Shown piece by piece: positions 1-7,056 of a stretch of DNA of 32,000 nucleotides. The notes under the pieces were generated by a model. The model did no database searches. It saw nothing but the letters and a program-made list of their open reading frames with translations, and was not told where the DNA came from. Position 1 is the stretch's first letter. Each line of letters opens with the position of its first letter. A program made the translations under genes and the position numbers. The stretch lies in assembly GCA_022646745.1 (NCBI GenBank), contig CP060262.1:780001-812000 (forward strand), read 5' to 3'. Origin of the DNA: Planctomycetales bacterium. Its GTDB lineage: Bacteria; 4484-113; JAFGCY01.

Positions 1-268
1 TCGTCCAGAAGAACCTGTCAGTGATGTCCTCTTCACTCTTGAGCAGGTCCTCATCGTTGAACACGGTGTACTTGGCGCGCAGGTCACCGATGTAGTTTCG
101 TCCGTTCTCGGCTTCCTGGGTGATCGCCACGGCCTTCGCCACGAAGCTATCCTGGATGGACTTGCTCACCCCGGTGCTCACGACGAATCCGTTGACGACG
201 AAGGCGATGATCAGCAATGCAATGATCACCATGATCAGTTTGGCCCTGATGGTCAGGTTCTTTAGCAT
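1..268 (-). CDS. N-terminal fragment of a membrane-anchored sensor protein (chemoreceptor/HAMP-type); the rest lies beyond the window start
   Basis: It is absent from the ORF track because it runs off the left edge. The reverse complement of 1-268 is an uninterrupted frame from ATG (266-268): MLKNLTIRAKLIMVIIALLIIAFVVNGFVVSTGVSKSIQDSFVAKAVAITQEAENGRNYIGDLRAKYTVFNDEDLLKSEEDITDRFFW. A GGGGG Shine-Dalgarno-like run (complement of 274-278) sits 5 nt upstream. A short basic N-terminus, one TM helix and then a periplasmic sensor region is the usual opening of MCP/HAMP sensors. The product call is by resemblance only. Confidence 0.55.
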   Translation of the reverse strand, partial: MLKNLTIRAKLIMVIIALLIIAFVVNGFVVSTGVSKSIQDSFVAKAVAITQEAENGRNYIGDLRAKYTVFNDEDLLKSEEDITDRFFWT

Positions 269-660
269 TTGGACCCCCGAGGTCACTAGTATTTCCGCCA
301 TTTGTCCGGCGGCGCTCTTATTGAAGGATGTTACGCGGATTGCAGCGTTCCATCTTTAACCTGCGATGCAATTGGGGTGCAGATTTGGTTGCGGCCCGCC
401 ATGTCGTGGCATGGAAGCTATCGTCGGCTGGATCCCGTTCTTGAACGGAGGGGTGTGGTAACTTTGCGGGTACTCAAACCGGAACAATCCAGCTGGACCA
501 AGAAAATTTTTGTTCCATCCGCAAGTCAGGCCAAAATCGGTGGAAATGTCCGCAATCTGTTAACGGAATTTGATTTTTGGACTGATGTTTTCAGTCCATA
601 TAATAGTGTGTTCTTCCAGTGTTAATCAGACGCATAAGCCACTTGATAACAAATTACCAC

Positions 661-688
661 TTGAAATTTTCGTAATATGTGCTATATA
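661..688 (+). promoter_or_regulatory. Candidate sigma-70 promoter for the NPC-repeat lipoprotein gene
   Basis: The sequence reads TTGAAA (661-666), a 16-nt spacer, then TATATA (683-688). It lies in the AT-richer 269-777 intergenic region, about 90 nt upstream of the ATG at 778. This is a sequence match only. Confidence 0.4.
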
Positions 689-777
689 TGTTCGTTCTTA
701 AGAGGTGGCCAGCGGCTACCCGGCGAATGGACAGACCTGACGGCTGTTATTCGCAATTTCCAATTTGGGAGTATAAA

Positions 778-1185
778 ATGCGTCTAGTAGTAGTTTTGAT
801 GGTGGGTCTGTTCCTGATGGCTCTGTGTGGCTGTCCCGCATCCGACAACGGTGGTAGCGATACCCCCGCCGTGACCGGTGGCACCTCTGATGCCGGCACC
901 GAAAACCCCTGCATGGGTGGTGAGGCTGCTGATGAGCACGCCGGCCATGACCACGCCGCTGGCGAGGGCCATGAGGACGGTGGCGAGAACCCGTGTGGTG
1001 AGAACCCCTGCGCGGGCGACAACCCCTGCAACCCCTGCGGCGGTGAGAATCCCTGTGGTGAAAACCCGTGTGGTGAGAACCCCTGCGGCGACAACCCGTG
1101 TGGCGACAACCCGTGTGGCGATAACCCCTGCGGCGACAACCCCTGCAACCCCTGCGGTGGCGGCGAGAACCCCTGCGGTCACTAG
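778..1185 (+). CDS. Small lipoprotein with a His-rich segment and about 14 tandem G-[E/D]-N-P-C pentapeptide repeats (Cys-rich, putative metal-binding)
   Basis: This is the in-frame ATG at 778 of ORF 679-1185, preceded by a GGGAG SD 6 nt upstream. The N-terminus MRLVVVLMVGLFLMALCGC is a signal peptide with a lipobox-like L-x-G-C. It is followed by HAGHDHAAGEGHED and then GENPCGENPCAGDNPCNPCGGENPCGENPCGENPCGDNPCGDNPCGDNPCGDNPCNPCGGGENPCGH. A strong terminator follows. Confidence 0.8.
   Translation: MRLVVVLMVGLFLMALCGCPASDNGGSDTPAVTGGTSDAGTENPCMGGEAADEHAGHDHAAGEGHEDGGENPCGENPCAGDNPCNPCGGENPCGENPCGENPCGDNPCGDNPCGDNPCGDNPCNPCGGGENPCGH
982..1176 (+). repeat. Coding tandem repeat, 15-bp unit (ggY gaN aac ccN tgY) with occasional 9-bp NPC units
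   Basis: Direct reading shows ggcgagaacccgtgt, ggtgagaacccctgc, then ggcgacaacccgtgt twice, ggcgataacccctgc and ggcgacaacccctgc. The periodicity keeps several frames open on both strands, which explains the ORF-track entries 747-1148(-), 784-1200(-) and 878-1192(+). Confidence 0.9.
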
Positions 1186-1213
1186 TAGATAAACGATCAA
1201 CAGAAACGAAACA

Positions 1214-1245
1214 GGCCCGCCGATCCGGCGGGCCTTTTCATTTTC
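1214..1245. terminator. Rho-independent terminator between convergent genes, usable in both directions
   Basis: A perfect 9-bp GC stem GGCCCGCCG (1214-1222), loop ATC, then CGGCGGGCC (1226-1234), followed by TTTTCATTTTC. On the other strand the stem is followed by TGTTTCGTTTCTG. It lies between the lipoprotein stop (1185) and the ABC ATPase stop (1289). Confidence 0.8.
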
Positions 1246-1288
1246 TGATTATGCTGGCGCAAGGCAGATGCAGCCTGCTTTCCCCAGA

Positions 1289-2017
1289 CTAATAATTGGG
1301 GCTGTGCACCTTTGATGGATCCGCCTTGCGGCGGTCCTTCACCGGCTCATCGTTGATGAGCAGGCCATCGCGGAAGCGCAGGATGCGCTTGCAGCACTGG
1401 GCCACCTCTTCCTCATGGGTCACGATCACAAGCGTGATGCCGCCGTCATTGAGCTCCTGGAAGATCTTCAGCACTTCCTCGCCACTCTTGGTGTCGAGGT
1501 TTCCCGTTGGCTCATCGGCGAGGATGATCGCCGGCTCATTCACGAGCGAACGTGCCACGGCGACACGCTGCTGCTGTCCGCCGGACAGCTCATTGGGCTT
1601 GTGGTGAATGCGGTCCCCCAGCCCGACCCGCTCCAGCGCACTCTGGGCACGCTTGCGCCGGTCACGCACGAAACCGCTGTAGACCATCGGCAGTTCGACA
1701 TTCTCAATCGCGGAAGTACGGGGCAGCAGGTTGAAGTTCTGGAACACGAAACCGATCTTGCGGTTCCGCACCCGGGCCAGCTCGCCGTCACGCATGCGTG
1801 ACACATCCGTCCCTTCCAGGCGGTAGGTCCCGCTGCTCGGGCGGTCCAGGCAGCCCATGATGTTCATCGCGGTGGACTTGCCGGATCCGGAGGTGCCCAT
1901 GATCGCCACGAACTCACCCTCCTCGATCGTGAAGTTCACGCCGGCAAGGGCGTGCACCTCATGCGTGCCCATCTTGTAGATCTTCTCAATGTCGATGAAT
2001 TCAATCAGCTTCTTCAT
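1289..2017 (-). CDS. ABC transporter ATP-binding protein, MacB/LolD/FtsE-type, stand-alone ATPase
   Basis: The start is placed at the internal ATG (2015-2017, MKKLIEFIDIEKIYK), 4 nt after the upstream stop; the longer ORF-track start would overlap the TolC-like gene. Walker A is GTSGSGKST. Also present are FQNFNLLPRTSAIENVELP, the signature LSGGQQQRVAVARSL, Walker B ILADEPTGNLD and the H-loop VTHE. Confidence 0.92.
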   Translation of the reverse strand: MKKLIEFIDIEKIYKMGTHEVHALAGVNFTIEEGEFVAIMGTSGSGKSTAMNIMGCLDRPSSGTYRLEGTDVSRMRDGELARVRNRKIGFVFQNFNLLPRTSAIENVELPMVYSGFVRDRRKRAQSALERVGLGDRIHHKPNELSGGQQQRVAVARSLVNEPAIILADEPTGNLDTKSGEEVLKIFQELNDGGITLVIVTHEEEVAQCCKRILRFRDGLLINDEPVKDRRKADPSKVHSPNY

Positions 2018-2021
2018 GATT

Positions 2022-3623
2022 TCAGAGCAGGTCCGCCAGAACCAGGATACTGCGGTAGGTTTCCTGGAAGGAAACCCGCGCCTGCAGGAGGGACAGTTCG
2101 GCTGCCAGCAGGTCGTCCTGCGCATCAATCACGTCCAGGGTGGTGGCCAGGCCGACGCGCTGGCGCTCCTCGGTGATCTTGAGGGTCTCGCGCAGCACCT
2201 GCACGTTCTTGATCTGCAGTTCGATGGTGCGGCTGCGAGTGTCCAGCTCGCGCTCCAGTGAACGCAGGGACTGCTTGAGCTGCAGCAGGGTCTCCTCGCG
2301 GTTGAGCTGCAGGTTCTCCAGGTCGAGCTGGGTCTGGGCCAGGCTGGCCTTCAGGTCGCGGTTGCGCCGGTCAAGCGACCAGCTGATGGAGGCCGTGATG
2401 CTCTCCTCATCAAGCCCGAGGATCGCATCGGCGAACTCGGCCTCGGCGGTGTTTCCCCGGCCGATGCTCAAACCGAAGTCCACGCGCGGCTCCATCTGGT
2501 CCAGCGTGGATTCACGGTTGATCTTGAGGTTGGCGATCGTCGTATCGATGCTGCGCAGGGTGAAGCTGGTGGCCTTCACGAGCTCCCACAGGTCCGGCGG
2601 CAGTTCATCGAAGCTGCTGTCCTCCAGCGCTCCCATGTCGAGTTCGATTTCGAACTCCTGCGGCAGGCCAACGAGTACCGTGAGCTGGTCCAGGCTGTCA
2701 TGGTAGCCCTGTATCGCTGCAATCAGGGCATTACCCTGGCTGATGACGGAATTCTCCGCCTGCAGCACATCGAGCGGGATGCCGAGGCCGACCTTGAGCC
2801 GTTCCATTGCGCGATCGAGCTGCAGTAGCGCAGTCTCAAGGTTCGCGCGGCGCACGTTGATTGATTCACGTGCCGCCATCGAGCGGTAGTAGCTGTTGAT
2901 CACATTGAGCTTCAGCTGGCGGATGTCATTGTCCAGGCTGTCGTAGCTGAGTTGCAGGCTGTTGCTTGCTGTGTACAGCGACAGGTTGTTGATGAATCGG
3001 CCACTGCCTCGCCTGAGCGGCTTCGTGTAGTTGAAGTTGAAGTTCTGGCTGTAGCTGTTGGAAAAGCCGCCGCCTCCCTTGGCACCACTCAGGCCGTAGG
3101 ACACGGACATCGCATCGCCATTGTCGAAGGGCTTGCTCCAGGTGGTCGAGGCACTGTAGGACTGGCTGTCAGTCCCGCCGGCGAAGGGCCACTCATCGGT
3201 GCTCGACCGGCTGGCGCGCAGGTCACCGCTCCACTGGGGATCCCAGCGGTAGTAGGTGCGGTCCACGCTGAAGTGGTTCTTCTCGATCGTGTTCTGCTGG
3301 TTGCGCAGGCCGTAATTGTTGGTGACGGCGAGCTCCAGCAGTTCCTCAAGCGAAACCAGCATCGCGCCATCATCAGAGAATGGTTCAGGTGTCAGGCGGA
3401 ACAGCTCAGCGGTTTCCATGCCGCTGTCCAGCGCATGCTGGAGTTCCTCGCCCCATGCCTTTCCCGTTTCCCCGGGTACAAGTCCAAATTCCTCTCCTGA
3501 AACCGTTACCGCCGCGTTCACAGATTCATCGCCTGCCAGCTCTTCAGCCCCAGCCGGCAGGGCAAGAATCAGGACCGTGGCAACGGGCAGCAGGCGCAGC
3601 GCAGTGCGCGTTGCTCCGTTCAC
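2022..3623 (-). CDS. TolC-family outer membrane efflux protein
   Basis: GTG start at 3623 with a GGAGGAGG SD 6 nt upstream. The signal peptide is LRLLPVATVLILALPAGA. LSLEELLELAVTNNYGLRNQQ and a second repeat half (LDRAMERLKVGLGIPLDVLQAEN ... RVGLATTLDVIDAQDDLLAAELSLLQARVSFQ) are typical of the two-repeat OEP/TolC architecture. Confidence 0.85.
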   Translation of the reverse strand: MNGATRTALRLLPVATVLILALPAGAEELAGDESVNAAVTVSGEEFGLVPGETGKAWGEELQHALDSGMETAELFRLTPEPFSDDGAMLVSLEELLELAVTNNYGLRNQQNTIEKNHFSVDRTYYRWDPQWSGDLRASRSSTDEWPFAGGTDSQSYSASTTWSKPFDNGDAMSVSYGLSGAKGGGGFSNSYSQNFNFNYTKPLRRGSGRFINNLSLYTASNSLQLSYDSLDNDIRQLKLNVINSYYRSMAARESINVRRANLETALLQLDRAMERLKVGLGIPLDVLQAENSVISQGNALIAAIQGYHDSLDQLTVLVGLPQEFEIELDMGALEDSSFDELPPDLWELVKATSFTLRSIDTTIANLKINRESTLDQMEPRVDFGLSIGRGNTAEAEFADAILGLDEESITASISWSLDRRNRDLKASLAQTQLDLENLQLNREETLLQLKQSLRSLERELDTRSRTIELQIKNVQVLRETLKITEERQRVGLATTLDVIDAQDDLLAAELSLLQARVSFQETYRSILVLADLL

Positions 3624-3685
3624 GGGTTGCCTCCTCCACTTATCCTCGTTCTAGGGGGACGCTAATCCACCTTTCAATGTTTCGC

Positions 3686-4564
3686 CTAAGGGCCTTCTGA
3701 TCCAGGTAGCTTGTAGCCGCTCTTGCTGAAGTCCAGCGAGACGACGTCTGATGCGAACTGCTCCACTGCCGGCGTGATGATCTTGCTGGTGACACCGAAG
3801 TAGATGCCGCCCATGATCAGGCTGTAGAGCAGGTAGCCGACGATAAGCTGGCCGAATCCAAGGTCAGTTGCCTGCATGAAGGCGATTGCATACAGGATGA
3901 CCGCGTATAGCATGATCACCGAACCCACTATGTAGAGAACGCTGTTCCCCATCAGTGAGGCGGGCTTGAATCCATCACCGAACACCGCGAAGCTGGAGAA
4001 GCTTGCGGCGGTATAGCAGCACCAGCCGATGGTGTAGAAGAACATCGGGTATGCGGTGGTGCTCATCATGTCGCTGAGTGAGACGGGCGAACCGAACATC
4101 TTCGCGGCCAGGAAAAAGACGAGACCGGCGATCACCCAGATGAACAGGCCGAACAGGCCAAGCCACAGCAGGTTGCTGTCGACCATGGTCTGGTACAGCA
4201 CATCAAGCTTGCCGGTCGCCCAGTTGGCCGCCACGTCGCGGTAGTTGCCATTGGGGTTGCTCATCGCAAGCTGCTTGCCGAACTCGACAGCGAATTCCTG
4301 GTATCCCGCGCTCATCTGCGCACGGTTCAGCACGAGCACAATCGAACCGATCAGGTGCCCGAGGAACACCACCGCGAATGAATAGAACGCGGTGTCGCTT
4401 TGGCCGTGGTGCTTCAGACTGGCACCGGGTGCAGTGACAACCTCAAAGAGATTGACAAAGAATTTCAGTCCGAGCACGACGAAGCTCACGAGCGTCAGCA
4501 CGACAAGTGCTATCAGCATCATGCCGGTTGTGTCGTCACCCTGCAGCATTGCTAGCGCAAACAT
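3686..4564 (-). CDS. Polytopic inner-membrane protein (about 6 TM), unknown function; possibly Yip1/YknW-like
   Basis: ATG at 4564 with an AGGGG SD 5 nt upstream. Six hydrophobic segments are readable: MMLIALVVLTLVSFVVLGL, AFYSFAVVFLGHLIGSIVLVL, LLWLGLFGLFIWVIAGLVFFLAA, AYPMFFYTIGWCCYTAASF, VLYIVGSVIMLYAVILYAIAF and LIVGYLLYSLIMGGIYFGV. A loop of about 50 aa follows TM2. The family assignment is not verifiable by eye. Confidence 0.75.
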   Translation of the reverse strand: MFALAMLQGDDTTGMMLIALVVLTLVSFVVLGLKFFVNLFEVVTAPGASLKHHGQSDTAFYSFAVVFLGHLIGSIVLVLNRAQMSAGYQEFAVEFGKQLAMSNPNGNYRDVAANWATGKLDVLYQTMVDSNLLWLGLFGLFIWVIAGLVFFLAAKMFGSPVSLSDMMSTTAYPMFFYTIGWCCYTAASFSSFAVFGDGFKPASLMGNSVLYIVGSVIMLYAVILYAIAFMQATDLGFGQLIVGYLLYSLIMGGIYFGVTSKIITPAVEQFASDVVSLDFSKSGYKLPGSEGP

Positions 4565-4607
4565 CGCAACCCCTACACACTAGGCCGGAATAAACGTCAA
4601 TTATAGC

Positions 4608-5780
4608 CTAGTTCAGTTTTATTTGAATGGTCTCATAGGCGTCGACACGCTTGACGCCTGAGTAATTGACCACCACCGTACCCGCAGCATAGTCATGCAG
4701 GCCGCGGAAGGCGGGGAAGAACCAGCTCAGGAACACGGCCGGCCCCTCGAACAGCACGATGAAGATCAGCGTGCGGATCAGCAGGCTGCCGAAACTGGCG
4801 AATTCACCCCACTCAGTCACGACCCGGATGCCCACCCAGCTCATGCCGATGCTCCTGTTCCAGAATGCAAGGGAAAGGAAGTAGTACAGGTAATCGGTGA
4901 TCGCAAACAGGATCAGCCAGTACGGGATCGGCTTCAGGTAGATGAAGGCATCGATGATCCTGCCCAGCTGGGTCCCGCCGCTGTCGTCATTGAAGAGGGC
5001 GAACAGCGGACTGCTGTTGCCTCCGGCGCCACCCATCACGAACAGGGCGCAAAGGACCAGGAAACGTGTGATTGTCCAGTCAATGCCAAGCGCCAGCAGC
5101 TTGCGCAGCGGATGGGCCGGCCGGCCCTCCATCCCGAAAGCACTGTTGCCGAGCTCGAACTCAGGCGGCTCCTCCGGCGCGATGTCCGGACCATAGTCCT
5201 CGCCACGCTCTGCGGCATCGAGGATCTCCTCCTCGCTGCGCACGAACATCGCCTCGGCGCAATCCACGCACAGCAGCTTGCCGCGCCGCACCGTCATCGC
5301 CTTCTGGCAGAAGAATGCCTGGCAGACCGGGCACTGTGTGGTGGCCACCTGGTCGGGATACTTGCGGCACATCACCTCGACCTGGCTGTCACGGTAGTAA
5401 TCACTTACGGCACTGTCAGCGTCACCCGGCTGGTCGGACTGGCGGCCCGATCGGCTGAAGTCCACATCGCCGGGCATTGCGTCGGGGTTGCTGAGGACCT
5501 GCTGCAGGAGCGAGACCTTCTCGGTCTCCGGCAGTTCCTGCCATTCCTCAGGCTCGAACCCGTCCGGGATGTCCTTGTCAAATTTTCGTTGCGGGCGCTG
5601 CTCGGCATTGTCATGGGCAGGCTTGTCCCCGCGCGACGAAGCGTCAGGGGAACTCCCGCTGCTGCCTTCCCGGCCGGTCGTTGGCTTGTCCCCTGCGCCA
5701 GACTGGCCGCCCTGGAGCAGCCTCCAGAGCTGGTTGTCCTCGTCGGGATTGCTCCCGGCGGGAGGTTGGTTGTCAATCAT
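4608..5780 (-). CDS. RDD-family membrane protein with a disordered N-terminus and a Cys-rich zinc-ribbon/B-box-like module
   Basis: The N-terminal ~125 aa are low complexity (P/G/S/D/E-rich). They are followed by C-x13-C-x2-C-x4-C-x13-C-x2-C (CRKYPDQVATTQCPVCQAFFCQKAMTVRRGKLLCVDC). The C-terminal half has the RDD pattern: R in HPLRKLLALGIDW, TM helices, and D in GLHDYAAGTVVV. Confidence 0.8.
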   Translation of the reverse strand: MIDNQPPAGSNPDEDNQLWRLLQGGQSGAGDKPTTGREGSSGSSPDASSRGDKPAHDNAEQRPQRKFDKDIPDGFEPEEWQELPETEKVSLLQQVLSNPDAMPGDVDFSRSGRQSDQPGDADSAVSDYYRDSQVEVMCRKYPDQVATTQCPVCQAFFCQKAMTVRRGKLLCVDCAEAMFVRSEEEILDAAERGEDYGPDIAPEEPPEFELGNSAFGMEGRPAHPLRKLLALGIDWTITRFLVLCALFVMGGAGGNSSPLFALFNDDSGGTQLGRIIDAFIYLKPIPYWLILFAITDYLYYFLSLAFWNRSIGMSWVGIRVVTEWGEFASFGSLLIRTLIFIVLFEGPAVFLSWFFPAFRGLHDYAAGTVVVNYSGVKRVDAYETIQIKLN

Positions 5781-5804
5781 TGGTACTGCGACCCTCCGGC
5801 ACCC

Positions 5805-6071
5805 TTAGAGTGCGTCAATCCGCTTCTTTATCTCAGCCTGCTCCGCCGTGTCGCGCGTGATCCGGTGCAGGCGCTCCCATGCATTCCTGGCCCTGTGGGC
5901 AAAGCCCTGCTTCTCGAAGGACTCCGCCAGGAAGCGGTGGGCTTCATGGTACTGTGGGTCCTTCTCCACCGCCTTCTTGAAGTATTCTTCCGCGCCTGAA
6001 TAATCACCGCGCGTGAAGGCAGTCTGCCCTTGGTCAAAGTACATCCTTGCGGTCAGGTCACTGCTTGGCAT
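5805..6071 (-). CDS. Small TPR-repeat protein
   Basis: ATG at 6071 with a GGGAG SD 5 nt upstream; the ORF-track start 6083 is a GTG. MYFDQGQTAFTRGDYSGAEEYFKKAVEKDPQYHEAHRFLAESFEKQGFAHRARNAWERL reads as two TPR units. The stop is 24 nt upstream of the RDD gene start. Confidence 0.7.
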   Translation of the reverse strand: MPSSDLTARMYFDQGQTAFTRGDYSGAEEYFKKAVEKDPQYHEAHRFLAESFEKQGFAHRARNAWERLHRITRDTAEQAEIKKRIDAL

Positions 6072-6097
6072 AGCTACTCCCACAGACTTGCATGTGC

Positions 6098-6173
6098 TGG
6101 TGGAGGAGATCGGATTCGAACCGACGACCTATTGCGTGCAAGGCAATTGCTCTGCCAGCTGAGCTACTCCCCC
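6098..6173 (-). tRNA. tRNA-Ala (anticodon UGC), CCA encoded
   Basis: The reverse complement folds by hand as GGGGGAG TA GCTC AGCTGGCA GAGC A ATTGC CTTGCAC GCAAT AGGTC GTCGG TTCGAAT CCGAT CTCCTCC A CCA. This gives a canonical cloverleaf with the G3:U70 alanine identity pair and anticodon loop C-U-UGC-A-C. Confidence 0.93.
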
Positions 6174-6280
6174 AGCACATGAACGGCCATAATTATACCG
6201 GAGTTTGCCTGCTTTGCCAGTCACCGCAATGCGCGCTGGCGTTCAGCCCAGTGCCAGTGCCTTGGGAATGAGGAGATTGC

Positions 6281-6649
6281 TCAGTCGCCCGTGACCTGGT
6301 GCACTGCTTCGATCAGCTGTTCGTTATCGATCGGCTTCTTCAGGGTGAGTGCCGCCCCGAGCATCCGTGCCATCGGCAGGTGGTCCAGCGAGATCTGCAG
6401 TCCCCCGCCGGAAATAGCGATGATCTGCACCTGCGGATACTCATTGCGCAGGCGGTTGATTGTCTCAAGCCCGTCTGATTCAGGCATGATGATGTCGGTG
6501 ATCACAAGGTCCGGAGCGAATTCCTCCATCACCTCGGAGATGTGCAGGCCGTTCGCTTCACTGCGGACCTGGTAGCCGTGGTGCGTGAGCAGGCGGGTAA
6601 GCATGCTGCGCACACCGCTCTCATCATCTATCACCAGGATCCTAGTCAT
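6281..6649 (-). CDS. Stand-alone response-regulator receiver domain (CheY-like)
   Basis: ATG at 6649 preceded by GAGGTGGAG; the ORF-track start 6655 is the GTG inside that SD. MTRILVIDDESGVRSMLTRLL ... DLVITDIIMPESDGLE ... IIAISGG ... LKKP supplies the DD / D / S-T / K receiver residues. There is no output domain. Confidence 0.88.
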   Translation of the reverse strand: MTRILVIDDESGVRSMLTRLLTHHGYQVRSEANGLHISEVMEEFAPDLVITDIIMPESDGLETINRLRNEYPQVQIIAISGGGLQISLDHLPMARMLGAALTLKKPIDNEQLIEAVHQVTGD

Positions 6650-7056
6650 CTCCACCTCATTGCCAGTGGCCCGTGTTTTTGCTTCTGCACAGAATTTACC
6701 GCTGCGGAATCCCTTGCGTTGGAAACTACGGTGAAACGATGGTTAGATGACAGTAAACACCGGCGCGAAAAGATCGGCGTTTTTCAGCAGCGGCAATAAC
6801 CAACCACACCAAGGGTCCGTCATGGTGATTGAAGTGTAGGTTGGCCGTGTAGCAGAGCCGGCCTGCCTCATCAGGGAAAGGGATCCAGGGGCCGGAACCT
6901 TGGCATGCTGGAACCGCCGGACGTAAAATGCCCAACCAGTGCCGGCGGGCCGGGACGGTAGAGCTGCATGCCTGTGGCAGCACCGTCCAGCCAGGGTGCC
7001 GGCCCCTCCCGAATCATCCGCCGTGGAACCATGGCGGCTGGTACCTTTAGACTGGA

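Noticed and set aside
269-560. Sigma-28 promoter for the chemoreceptor-like gene on the minus strand
   Set aside because: The best candidates are GGCGGAAA near 290-300 and ACCGATTT near 535-545. Each matches only 5 of 8 in the -10 element and has the wrong spacing to any TAAA, so neither is reportable.
302-625. 107-aa ORF in the large intergenic region
   Set aside because: It has no SD, its composition and codon usage are unlike neighbouring genes, and it has no motif. It is kept only as part of the intergenic-island finding.
747-1200. Three overlapping ORFs (747-1148 minus, 784-1200 minus, 878-1192 plus) and a possible CRISPR-like periodicity
   Set aside because: All are artefacts of the 15-bp coding repeat of the NPC lipoprotein gene. 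The period is far too short for a CRISPR array, there are no unique spacers, and the sense frame has a signal peptide, an SD and a terminator.
4695-5999. 434-aa plus-strand ORF
   Set aside because: It is fully antisense to the RDD and TPR genes. It is Arg/Ala/Leu/Gly-rich with no motifs. It is a typical stop-free shadow frame of a GC-rich gene whose sense strand carries clear domain signatures.
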